In this document: positions 9,535 through 17,819 of the stretch, piece after piece
Layout: every line of letters begins with the position of its first letter
How positions within the stretch are numbered: the first letter of the stretch is position 1
Notes under the pieces: generated by a model
What the model was told of the DNA's origin: nothing
Databases searched by the model: none
Seen by the model: only the letters and a program-made list of their open reading frames with translations
Program-made: the position numbers and the translations under genes
From: an uncultured Verrucomicrobiota bacterium
GTDB taxonomy: Bacteria; Verrucomicrobiota; Verrucomicrobiia; Limisphaerales; UBA9464
DNA length: 64,000 bases
Assembly (NCBI GenBank): GCA_903842505.1
Contig: CAIMMI010000304.1
Location: 6,916-70,915 of the forward strand
Direction of reading: 5' to 3'

Positions 9535-10224
9535 TTACACACCCGCCTGGGATTCGACCCAACGCACGGCCTCGCGCACCAGGGCCGGTGCGTCCTTGGC
9601 GCCCAGTTTCTCCTTCAGGCGGGCGCGATGGGCCTCGACGGTCTTGATGCTGAGGTTGAGTCGTCCTGCAATCTCGCGGGTGCCGAGTCCCTGGCCGATC
9701 AGTTGAAAGACCTCGAATTCACGATCGGAGAGTTGGCGGATCGGGCTGTCCGGGTTTCCCGAGGTCGGTCGGGTGTGGCTCAAGGATTCCAGGATCCGGG
9801 ACGAGACGCTGGGGCTGACATAGATCTGGCCCGCGAGAACGGTTCGGATGGCTTCCATGACGGCGCGTCCACCCGCCGATTTCATGAGGTAGCCTCTGGA
9901 TCCGGCCCGGATGGCGCGCTCGGCGTAGAGGCTTTCGTCGTGCATGGAAAGCACCAGCGCCGGGATCTGGGGATGACCGGCGACCAAATCCTTCATGAAC
10001 TCCAGGCCGCTCCTTCCCGGCAGGGACAGGTCGACCAAGACCAGATCCGGGCGGAGACGCTGGACAGAGCTCAGCGCTTCGGCGGCATTCTCTGCCTCGC
10101 CGCAGACCTCCAGATCCGATTCCAGGCCGATCATCGCGGCCAGACCCTGGCGGGTGATCGGGTGATCATCGACGAGCAGCACGCGCTTTCTTGCCGGTGG
10201 GCTTGGTTGTTTTCTTGGCTTCAT
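9535..10224 (-). CDS. response regulator, NarL/FixJ (LuxR-type HTH) family
   Basis: Receiver domain (VLLVDDHPITRQGL ... DLVLVDLSLPG) plus LuxR HTH (LSDREFEVFQLIGQGLGTREIAGRLNLSIKTVEAHRARLKEKLG). The start is taken at ATG 10224 (alternative GTG 10182). Either start overlaps the 3-prime end of the kinase gene. Confidence 0.85.
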   Translation of the reverse strand: MKPRKQPSPPARKRVLLVDDHPITRQGLAAMIGLESDLEVCGEAENAAEALSSVQRLRPDLVLVDLSLPGRSGLEFMKDLVAGHPQIPALVLSMHDESLYAERAIRAGSRGYLMKSAGGRAVMEAIRTVLAGQIYVSPSVSSRILESLSHTRPTSGNPDSPIRQLSDREFEVFQLIGQGLGTREIAGRLNLSIKTVEAHRARLKEKLGAKDAPALVREAVRWVESQAGV

Positions 10225-11317
10225 GCTTGGGATTTTCGGATGGGGCTGCCTTCGGGCGGTGGATGTGGACCGTGCAGGCGACGGTGGTGCCGCCGGTTGG
10301 CTCCCGCTGGATGACGAGCGAGCCACCAATGATCCCCGCCCGATACTGCATGATCCGCAGGCCGAGGCCCTGATGCTTCTTTGGGAGGTTTCTGGGCAGG
10401 CCCTTGCCATTGTCCCGGATCGTCAGATGGATGCGACCAGCGACGTTGGCGAGTCCAATCTCGAGTCGGGTCGCCTTGCCATGACGGAGGGCATTGGAGA
10501 CAGCCTCCTGCGTGACGCGATAGAGATGGGTGGCCATCTCGGGATCCGCGATCCGAACCGGAGCCGGGCAGTTGAAGACGACGGTGATTCCAAAGTGGCG
10601 GGAGGTTCGGACGCTGAGTTCCTCGAGGGCCAGGATCAGGCTGTCGGGTTCCTCACGGAGCGGCGACATGCCGTGGGAGAGGTCACGGGTATACTCGACG
10701 GCCGACCGGATGAGTCGGGCGATTTCCTCAGCGGCGGTGGTCTCGGGCCGATTGGCCTCCTGAAGGCGCCGGGTCAGGGTCTGCGACAGGAATTCGATGC
10801 CGGCCAGTTGCTGGCATAGGTCGTCATGGAGATCGCGGCCGATGCGTTGCTGCGCCAGTTCGCCGATGCGGAGGACTTCGGATTGCAGACGGCGACGCTC
10901 GGTGATGTCCCGGACGATGCCAGTGAAGAGTCGTCGGCCACCGACGGTGAACTCACCCACCGAGAGATCGATGGGGAAGAGGGTACCGTCCTTGCGCTGT
11001 CCAAAGACCTCGCGCCCGATGCCGATGACGCGGCGTTGGCCGGTGGAAAGGTAGTTGGCGAGGTAACCGTCATGCTGGGCCCGGTAGGGATCCGGCATGA
11101 GCACACTGATGTTGCGGCCGATGAGTTCGGTGGCGGTCCAACCAAACATCCGTTCGGCTGCCGGGTTGACGGTGTCGATATGGCCCCGCTCATCGATGGT
11201 CAGGATGCCCTCGACGGCGGTGGCGAAGACGGCACGAAGCCGGGCTTCGCTTTCGCGAAGGGCTGCAATTGCCTCGGAGGAAGAGGTGCTGTCGGAGGCC
11301 TTTGTTTGCCGTGGCAT
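10166..11317 (-). CDS. soluble PAS-domain sensor histidine kinase (FixL-like PAS, HisKA_3 dimerisation domain, HATPase_c)
   Basis: There is no obvious transmembrane segment. The PAS segment MPDPYRAQHDGYLANYLSTGQRRVIGIGREVFGQRKDGTLFPIDLSVGEF...FTGIVRDITERR resembles the heme-PAS of FixL. H-box RDLHDDLCQQLAGI (HisKA_3 type). The ATPase region carries NALRHG and DNGKGL motifs. Confidence 0.85.
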   Translation of the reverse strand: MPRQTKASDSTSSSEAIAALRESEARLRAVFATAVEGILTIDERGHIDTVNPAAERMFGWTATELIGRNISVLMPDPYRAQHDGYLANYLSTGQRRVIGIGREVFGQRKDGTLFPIDLSVGEFTVGGRRLFTGIVRDITERRRLQSEVLRIGELAQQRIGRDLHDDLCQQLAGIEFLSQTLTRRLQEANRPETTAAEEIARLIRSAVEYTRDLSHGMSPLREEPDSLILALEELSVRTSRHFGITVVFNCPAPVRIADPEMATHLYRVTQEAVSNALRHGKATRLEIGLANVAGRIHLTIRDNGKGLPRNLPKKHQGLGLRIMQYRAGIIGGSLVIQREPTGGTTVACTVHIHRPKAAPSENPKHEAKKTTKPTGKKARAARR

Positions 11318-11474
11318 CAGGGAATCGGAGTACTGGTGTTGCCGTTCATTGGGAGTCGGGAATGGAGTGAAGGCAAGCGGCGAGCGGGAGTTTGGGTGGG
11401 CATCCGGCCCGGAAATGCGAAACCCGCAGGACCGGTTGGATGCCGGTTGCTGCGGGGTATTGTTCGGCGTCCGA

Positions 11475-12356
11475 TCAGCCGACGGCGAGCTTGCCGCGGT
11501 AGGCCGTGGGGGATTTGCCCACGACGCGTCGAAAGACCCGGTTGAAGTGGGTCAGGGACTGGAAGCCGACCTCATACGCGATCTCGGAGACGCGGAGGTT
11601 GGGGTTGAGGAGGAGTTCCTTGGCCCGTTCGACCCGGAGGCGGGCGACGAAGTCCGTAAAGTTGAGGCCTGTGTGCTTCCGGAAGGATTTGCAGAAATAG
11701 AACCGGCTCATGTTGACGGCGCGGGCGACGTCTCCGAGGGACAGGTCCTCGCTCAGGTTTTCGGCAATGAATGCCTTGGCCCGGGTAATGGCGGGGGGCT
11801 CGGTGTTTGCCTGACGGATGGCAATCTGGTTGGAGGCAGCGGAAAGTTGGTCCGCGAAGTTGTTGAGCAGTTGGACGGCCCCGTCGTACTGCTTCCGGCC
11901 CACATGCTGGGACTCGAGCCAGGCTTTCTCGTAGGCTTCCCGATCACCGGGGACCTTCAGCGCATCGAGCTTGGCGCGGACCTTGTTGAATCCGGTCTTG
12001 GTCGGCTTGCGTAGGGTGACCTGACCGGTCTGGAGGTAGCCGATCGTCTGGTCGCCGAGCTTCACGGGAACCGCCGAGTCGCAGAGGCCCGCGAAGCAGG
12101 TGGTGGTAGCGGGGCCTGAGCAGGCCTGGTTGGACAGTTCCTGTTGCACCTGGAGGCACGCAGCGCAGCTGCGGCTCTGGGAGGCCATGAGGGCGCAGAA
12201 CGGGTTCTGATGGACGTTGTCCCTCTGGGCGACCTGCCATGCGTCTGGCGTTCGGAGCGTGAGGGGAAGTCCTGTGGCATCACCGAACGCACGTTCGTAC
12301 TCCTGATAGATCTTGGAGTGGGCGAGGGTTTCGAGGAGGCTATCTTTGGAGTTCAT
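11475..12356 (-). CDS. AraC-family transcriptional regulator with N-terminal PocR-like sensor domain
   Basis: The N-terminal Cys-containing segment (FCALMASQSRSCAACLQ ... CFAGLCDSAVPVKLGDQTIGYLQTGQV) is typical of the PocR domain. The C-terminal double HTH is LSLGDVARAVNMSRFYFCKSFRKHTG ... VSEIAYEVGFQSLTHFNRVFRRVVGKSPTAYR. Confidence 0.8.
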   Translation of the reverse strand: MNSKDSLLETLAHSKIYQEYERAFGDATGLPLTLRTPDAWQVAQRDNVHQNPFCALMASQSRSCAACLQVQQELSNQACSGPATTTCFAGLCDSAVPVKLGDQTIGYLQTGQVTLRKPTKTGFNKVRAKLDALKVPGDREAYEKAWLESQHVGRKQYDGAVQLLNNFADQLSAASNQIAIRQANTEPPAITRAKAFIAENLSEDLSLGDVARAVNMSRFYFCKSFRKHTGLNFTDFVARLRVERAKELLLNPNLRVSEIAYEVGFQSLTHFNRVFRRVVGKSPTAYRGKLAVG

Positions 12357-12644
12357 GCTTCACCTTTCTTGCCGTTGACCTCGACAAGATAGTGTCACCG
12401 AGGGTTGCCCTGGAACTTGGGTTAACCCTGATCCTGGAGCTGGAGGTGCCCCGGTGCGCATCGGGGTTTCCCTGATCGGTGTTCCCCCCATGCGCGTGGT
12501 TGCGGTCGACGCCTTCCGAGGGAAGTCGACCTCGGTATCCAGCACCGCATCGATGAGCGTCCCGTGTCCGGTCCGGTCGGCGAGCGCCATGCCGGGCAGA
12601 GGGAAGGCAGAGGGGATTGCCCCGGCTCGGATCCTTCCTGCGCG

Positions 12645-13550
12645 TCAGTTCTCGCGCTTGAGCAGGTAGTGGGCGAGGGCTTCGAGGGCTGGGGCCCGCC
12701 GTTTGAATGGCTTGAGGGCATCAAAGGCCCGAGCGGTCAGTTGGGCGGCGATCTTCCGGGATTTTTCGAGTCCGACCAACCGCGGGTAGGTGGCCTTCTG
12801 GGCGGCGACATCCTTGCCGGCGGTCTTGCCGAGCTTTTCCGAGGTCTGGGTGACATCGAGGATGTCGTCGATCACCTGGAAGGCGAGACCGACGTTGTAT
12901 CCGAAGGTCGTCAACGCCTTGAGTTGGGCGGGAGTGCAGTTGGCACTCATTCCACCGAGGCGTACCGAGGCACAGAGCAGCGCGGAAGTCTTGCGCTCGT
13001 GGATGTACTTGAGTTCCGGGACAGACAGGTCACGACCTTCTCCTTCGAGGTCAGCGACCTGTCCGGCGATCAGTTGGAGCGAGCCGGAGGCGCGGGCGAT
13101 TTCGAGGACGATCTCGCGGTGGGAATAGCGGGGCCAATCATCGCTGAGGGCGGCGATCTCGAAGGCCTGGGTGAGGAGGGCGTCCCCGGCGAGGACGGCA
13201 ATGCCTTCGCCGAAAACCTTGTGGTTGGTCGGCTTCCCGCGGCGGAAGTCATCGTTGTCCATGGCCGGGAGGTCGTCATGGATGAGTGAGTAGGTGTGGA
13301 TGCACTCGACCGCACAGGCGAGGGGCAGTGCCGGTTCGATGGTTCCGCCGCAGGCTTCGGCTGCCGCGAGCAGGAGGGCAGGCCGCATCCGTTTTCCTCC
13401 GGCGAAGATCGAATAACGCATCGCCTTGTGGATGGTGGCGGGCTTGGCGGTGGCCTTCGGAAGGAATCGGTCCAGTGCAGTATCGACCTCGAGGGCGCGG
13501 ATCTGGACCCATTCGTTAAGATTGAAGGCGGGAGTGCGGACGTTGGCCAT
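12645..13550 (-). CDS. ispA: polyprenyl (farnesyl/geranylgeranyl) diphosphate synthase
   Basis: First and second aspartate-rich motifs are LIHDDLPAMDNDDFRRGKPT and FQVIDDILD. The start is taken at ATG 13550 (MANVRT). The track ORF extends to 13622. Confidence 0.85.
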   Translation of the reverse strand: MANVRTPAFNLNEWVQIRALEVDTALDRFLPKATAKPATIHKAMRYSIFAGGKRMRPALLLAAAEACGGTIEPALPLACAVECIHTYSLIHDDLPAMDNDDFRRGKPTNHKVFGEGIAVLAGDALLTQAFEIAALSDDWPRYSHREIVLEIARASGSLQLIAGQVADLEGEGRDLSVPELKYIHERKTSALLCASVRLGGMSANCTPAQLKALTTFGYNVGLAFQVIDDILDVTQTSEKLGKTAGKDVAAQKATYPRLVGLEKSRKIAAQLTARAFDALKPFKRRAPALEALAHYLLKREN

Positions 13551-13633
13551 GTCGCCCCCGTTGTACGGACTAGGCTGGGAGGACGGCAAGCCGGGGTTGC
13601 GCCCGGAGGCTTTCGGGTGCACAAGCCGGGGCG

Positions 13634-14074
13634 ATGACTGGCAAATCGGCGAAGGTGGCTGCCCGGGTTTCGGGGTTTGGGTACGACGGGTGGGATCCTC
13701 GTTATGTGGGGTGGTTCGAGTGCTTCAACCAAGGGTTGTACTACGAGGCTCACGACGTCCTGGAGGACCTTTGGCTGGAGCAGGGAAAGGACGGATCCAA
13801 TTACGCCTTCTACAAGGGGCTGATTCAGTTGGCAGGCGCCTTTGTCCACCTCCAGAAGGAGCGACGGGCCCCAGCGGTTTCCCTGTTCCGACTGGCAGAG
13901 GCCAACCTGGTCCGTTACCCGATCGGGCACGAGGGACTCCAACTCCGGGAGTTGCTGGAATTGGCTGCTGCGTGGCAGTCCGTCTCCGCAGACCCCGGCA
14001 GGAACAACCCCTTGCATGAATTGCCCCGGCCGCGCCTGAACCTGCCGATGCGATCCGTGGGGGATCCGGCCTGA
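13634..14074 (+). CDS. DUF309 domain-containing protein
   Basis: FNQGLYYEAHDVLEDLW ... YKGLIQLAGAFVHLQK matches the DUF309 consensus as I remember it. Confidence 0.7.
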   Translation: MTGKSAKVAARVSGFGYDGWDPRYVGWFECFNQGLYYEAHDVLEDLWLEQGKDGSNYAFYKGLIQLAGAFVHLQKERRAPAVSLFRLAEANLVRYPIGHEGLQLRELLELAAAWQSVSADPGRNNPLHELPRPRLNLPMRSVGDPA

Positions 14075-14105
14075 CGTTCAGGCACGGATCCGGGGTTGGG
14101 GTGCG

Positions 14106-15767
14106 TCAGGGCGTGGGTTTTGCCGAGGACGCCTTCAGTCGGGAAATCTCGGCCTTTATCCGCTCGATTTCGGGACCGCGAACGAGGTCGCGGGCGGCCT
14201 GGAGTTGGCGTTCCCGGAAGGGGAGGGAATCCCGATAGTCCTCCCGTTCCTTCTCGATGAGGAGGAGGGACTCGAAGGCGTCTTCATAGAGGGTGGCCGT
14301 GGACTGCCACTCAGCGAGGTTCAAGAGGAGTCGGAGGCGCTGCTGAGGGGAGGGCGACAACGTCAGGGCCTGTTTTCCCCAGGCGGTGGCCTCCCGGTAC
14401 TGACTGGCCTGCGCGAACAGGGCCGCGACCTTCTCCGACAGGATCGGGCTGTTGGTCGACAGGGGAAAGGTGGCCAGTGCCTGCCTCAGGGCACTCGCGC
14501 CAGTCGGGTTGGCCGCGATCAGGACATTGGCCTTCCGAAGGACCGTCCAATGCAGGTTGGGGCTCTGCCTCGCGACCTGGCGTGCTTCGAGTCGGGTGAG
14601 GTCGCGCTCGAAGGGAGTGAAGAGGGGGTCACCCACGAAAATGTTCACCCAGGAGAGCCATTTCTGGGAGGTCAGCGATGCCTCCCCCACGGTGAAACCA
14701 CCGGCGGCGAGGAATTCCATGAAGACGTGGGGATTGGGAGTGAACTCCAGGTAAGGTTCCGCCACCGATCCAAACGTGACGGTTGCGCCCTTGGCCAAGA
14801 GCGGTCCCAGCCACCGGATCGCTGGATCGCGGGGGAACTGCCCATTGAACGAATGCAGGTGGTAGGCGATGGCCCCCGGCATGAACTCGACTTCCGGGCG
14901 GGTGAATGGCCCGTCGACGTTCTGTGTGTACCACCCGATGTAGACCCCCACATTCGAGAGCGGAAAGTTCGTGGGGAAGGTTGCCTCCCGGTGGTCGACA
15001 TAGGTGGACAGCCCAACCCGTCGACAGGCGTCGGCAGCGTTGGTCATCCATTGGTCACCCAATTGGTAGGGGCCGGAAGCGATGCCCCGGAGGTCGATGT
15101 AGGCATTGCCGGCGAACCCGTTGGTTTCACAATGGAGCGCCTTGTCCACGAGTCCCTTGGCGATTGCCGGGGAGGGACCATCGATTCGGCCAACGAGGAA
15201 GACTCCGTTGGTCGGATGGAATGCCGTGCGGTTCGTGGCGCCGTAAAAGGGATTCGGAACCCCGGCGACCAGGGGTTGCGTTCCCGCGGCCGGGAGCAGG
15301 CTCAGTTCGCTGTCCACCGAAGCGTCCGTCCTGCGGACGGAACTGGGGATATTGGTTGTGACCCCGACGAGGGTCCCTGGGTCGTTGCTGATGTGGTAAG
15401 GGAGCCCCCAGCAAAGCACCAGATACCGGACGCTGGCGGAGGTGCATCGGATGGCAGGGCCACCGGGATGGTATTCGGACGGCGGTTCGACGAAGTTGGT
15501 GAACGACATCAAGCCGCGGGACGAGAGTTCGCGGAGGAGGGGTTGCTCGATCTGAGCGATGTAGTTGCTGCGGGAGATGACGGAACTGGACGTCAGCTTG
15601 AGCCCGATCCAGTTCGACGTGGGGACATTCCTCGCCTTGGCATAGTGCTCGGCGACCGCCTTGGAATCCGCGTCGCCTGCCGAGTAGACGATGACCACCT
15701 CGTTGCCGTTGGCGAAGCCATGACAGGTCATCCCCGCCCAAAGTGCGATCGCGAGGAACATGCGCAT
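14106..15767 (-). CDS. secreted hypothetical protein, TIGR03790-like N-terminal region with helical/TPR-like C-terminus
   Basis: Signal peptide MRMFLAIALWAGMTCHGFA when started at ATG 15767. The VVIVYSAGDADSKAVAEHYAKARNVP opening is typical of TIGR03790-family proteins, from memory. The longer track ORF would overlap cmk. Confidence 0.5.
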   Translation of the reverse strand: MRMFLAIALWAGMTCHGFANGNEVVIVYSAGDADSKAVAEHYAKARNVPTSNWIGLKLTSSSVISRSNYIAQIEQPLLRELSSRGLMSFTNFVEPPSEYHPGGPAIRCTSASVRYLVLCWGLPYHISNDPGTLVGVTTNIPSSVRRTDASVDSELSLLPAAGTQPLVAGVPNPFYGATNRTAFHPTNGVFLVGRIDGPSPAIAKGLVDKALHCETNGFAGNAYIDLRGIASGPYQLGDQWMTNAADACRRVGLSTYVDHREATFPTNFPLSNVGVYIGWYTQNVDGPFTRPEVEFMPGAIAYHLHSFNGQFPRDPAIRWLGPLLAKGATVTFGSVAEPYLEFTPNPHVFMEFLAAGGFTVGEASLTSQKWLSWVNIFVGDPLFTPFERDLTRLEARQVARQSPNLHWTVLRKANVLIAANPTGASALRQALATFPLSTNSPILSEKVAALFAQASQYREATAWGKQALTLSPSPQQRLRLLLNLAEWQSTATLYEDAFESLLLIEKEREDYRDSLPFRERQLQAARDLVRGPEIERIKAEISRLKASSAKPTP

Positions 15768-15807
15768 CAGCAGCGCAGGCCCGCAGGGGGAACGGTCCGG
15801 GCGCGGG

Positions 15808-16641
15808 CTAAACGGGCTGAAAACGGCTGAGCACATGTTGACGGAGTATGGCGTAGGTTTCGTCCGGTGTCTGCTGGGTGTTGTCGATTCGAACGGCATC
15901 GAGCGCGGGATACAGCGCTCCCTTGCGTCGCGTGGCATCCATCGCGTCGCGGGTGGCACCGATGCTCTCGGTGTTGCCCCGACCGGACAATCGGGCTTGC
16001 CGGACCGCTTCGTCGGCCTCCAGGAAGAACTTTACCGGGGCGAGAGGGAAGACCTCGGTTCCGATGTCACGTCCTTCCATGACGAGCGGGCCGAGGACGG
16101 TGCAGTCGCGCTGCCGGGCGACCATCCAGTCGCGGACCTTGGTGATCTGGGCGACGACCGGGACGGCCTTTTCGACCCGGTCGGACCGGATCTCGGTGGC
16201 GGGAAGGTAGCCGTTTACGTGAAGCCAGGCCTGACCGTCGATGACCCGCACCTCCGCCTTCCAGCGTCGCATGAGACGTACGATGGCGAGTTCGTCGGCA
16301 TCGGACATGGGTTTCTGGCACCGGAGTCCGGTCTGGAGGGCCCACCAAGCCAGGGTGCGGTACATGGCGCCGGTATCGACGTAGACGCAGCCGAACTCGG
16401 CTGCCAACCGGCGGGAAAGGGTGCCCTTTCCCGAGGCGCTGGGGCCATCGATCGTGATGACCTTGGGGAGACGCAGGGGGCTTTCGGACCCGGACTGGAG
16501 AGAGACGGACTTCAGTCCGCGTGCAGGTCTGCGGGGAGCAGCAGGCGTCCGTCGGGAACGCTCCGGACGCTGGCGCCGATCCCCTCCGGCACCGCTGCCG
16601 CCAGCTTCTGGAAGAAGTTCGGGAACGTCTTTTTCACGCAC
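15808..16641 (-). CDS. cmk: cytidylate kinase
   Basis: P-loop VITIDGPSASGKGTLSRRLA and DTGAMYR motif. The start is uncertain. The only canonical in-frame start upstream of the P-loop is GTG 16641, 130 nt inside aroA. A CTG at 16515 overlaps the aroA stop (see finding). Confidence 0.8.
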   Translation of the reverse strand: MREKDVPELLPEAGGSGAGGDRRQRPERSRRTPAAPRRPARGLKSVSLQSGSESPLRLPKVITIDGPSASGKGTLSRRLAAEFGCVYVDTGAMYRTLAWWALQTGLRCQKPMSDADELAIVRLMRRWKAEVRVIDGQAWLHVNGYLPATEIRSDRVEKAVPVVAQITKVRDWMVARQRDCTVLGPLVMEGRDIGTEVFPLAPVKFFLEADEAVRQARLSGRGNTESIGATRDAMDATRRKGALYPALDAVRIDNTQQTPDETYAILRQHVLSRFQPV

Positions 16642-17804
16642 GACGGGTTTCTGATTTTCAGCCCGGGTACTTGCAAGCCCAGAGTCGCAAAACACATCGC
16701 CATGCGATGATCGTTGTAGGTCTCGATCTCGGCGCCATGGAGCGGGGTTGGGAAAACCGTGAGGGTGTCGCCGTCCTCTTCGACCCGGGCCCCGCACTTG
16801 GTGAGTTCGGTGCGGAGGGCCTGGACGCGTTCGCATTCCTGGACCCGGAGCCGTCCGAGGTCCGTGAACTGAACCGGGTAACCTGCGAACGGAGCGAGCG
16901 CGATGGCGGTCATGATGCTGTCGCCGAGATCGGTTTCCCGGGAGACCCGGTGGGGCAGGGGAAGGTAGTTCGGGAAGCGCGCGTCCACCTGCCAGCCTGA
17001 AGTTGGCCAACCGTTCACTGGGGGCGCTGATTCCGGGGATGGACGCCCACCCCGCAAAAGCCAATCGGCTGCCCAGAAGTAGCTCCCGCTGGAGGCATCC
17101 GGCTCGATCTCGAAAATCCCGCCTTTTGTCGGAAAGGCCTCGACCAGTCGGGAAGTCATGGCCACGTAAGGCGCATCGTCGAGATCTCCTTCGCCGTTGA
17201 GGCTGATACGCCATTGGGCCCTGGGCGCCGTCAGGAGCAGTGCGGAAGCGAACTGGGAGCTTTCGGCGATGCTGACCGAGCACTGCGCCGGGTGTGGGCC
17301 GCCGAGGCCGCGGATCGTGGCCGGGAGTCGTCCGTTGGAGTGATGGACTTCATAGCCCAGTTCATCCAGTGCCCGGATCAGGGCTGCCTGGGGCCGTTCG
17401 TGCATCCGTGGCACTCCGCTGAGCCGGTAGTAGCCGTCTCCCAGGCAGACGAAGGCGGTCAGGAACCGGGCAGCGGTCCCTGCATTGCCGACATGGAGTT
17501 CGAGGGGATGCGAGTCCGAGCCACTGCGGGGGATGCGTCCGTTGCGGCCCTCGACGTGGATGGTTCGGTTGCCCAGTTCGCCCGCATCGGCCTCGACGTC
17601 CACGGCGAACCCGAGCTGACGGAGGCAGTCGACCATGACCTGGGTATCTTCGCTCCAGAGCGCTCCCCGGAGCGTGGTGGAGCCGTCCGCAAGGGCTGCG
17701 AGGATGAGGGCCCGGTTGGTGATGCTCTTGGAACCGGGAATCGTCATCCGCATCGGCTGCGGACCCGGGATCGGGTCGATCTGGATCAGGGAAGGAAGAG
17801 GCAT
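16512..17804 (-). CDS. aroA: 3-phosphoshikimate 1-carboxyvinyltransferase (EPSP synthase)
   Basis: PGSKSITNRALILAALADG motif and full-length AroA-like sequence (430 aa). Confidence 0.95.
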   Translation of the reverse strand: MPLPSLIQIDPIPGPQPMRMTIPGSKSITNRALILAALADGSTTLRGALWSEDTQVMVDCLRQLGFAVDVEADAGELGNRTIHVEGRNGRIPRSGSDSHPLELHVGNAGTAARFLTAFVCLGDGYYRLSGVPRMHERPQAALIRALDELGYEVHHSNGRLPATIRGLGGPHPAQCSVSIAESSQFASALLLTAPRAQWRISLNGEGDLDDAPYVAMTSRLVEAFPTKGGIFEIEPDASSGSYFWAADWLLRGGRPSPESAPPVNGWPTSGWQVDARFPNYLPLPHRVSRETDLGDSIMTAIALAPFAGYPVQFTDLGRLRVQECERVQALRTELTKCGARVEEDGDTLTVFPTPLHGAEIETYNDHRMAMCFATLGLQVPGLKIRNPSCVKKTFPNFFQKLAAAVPEGIGASVRSVPDGRLLLPADLHAD

Positions 17805-17819
17805 GGGATTGCGGAGGGG

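Noticed and set aside
12357-12644. Small ORFs (71-100 aa) in the gap between the AraC regulator and ispA
   Set aside because: The translations are low-complexity (Pro/Arg/Ser/Thr-rich) and overlap each other on both strands. There is no recognisable family and no convincing start context.
14205-15830. 541-aa plus-strand ORF
   Set aside because: It is antisense to the signal-peptide-bearing TIGR03790-like gene. The translation is Gly/Arg/Glu-rich and low-complexity.
16516-17283. N-terminal 256 aa of the 491-aa ORF containing cmk
   Set aside because: This part lies out of frame inside aroA and is Arg/Pro-rich. Only the C-terminal Cmk-like part is credible.
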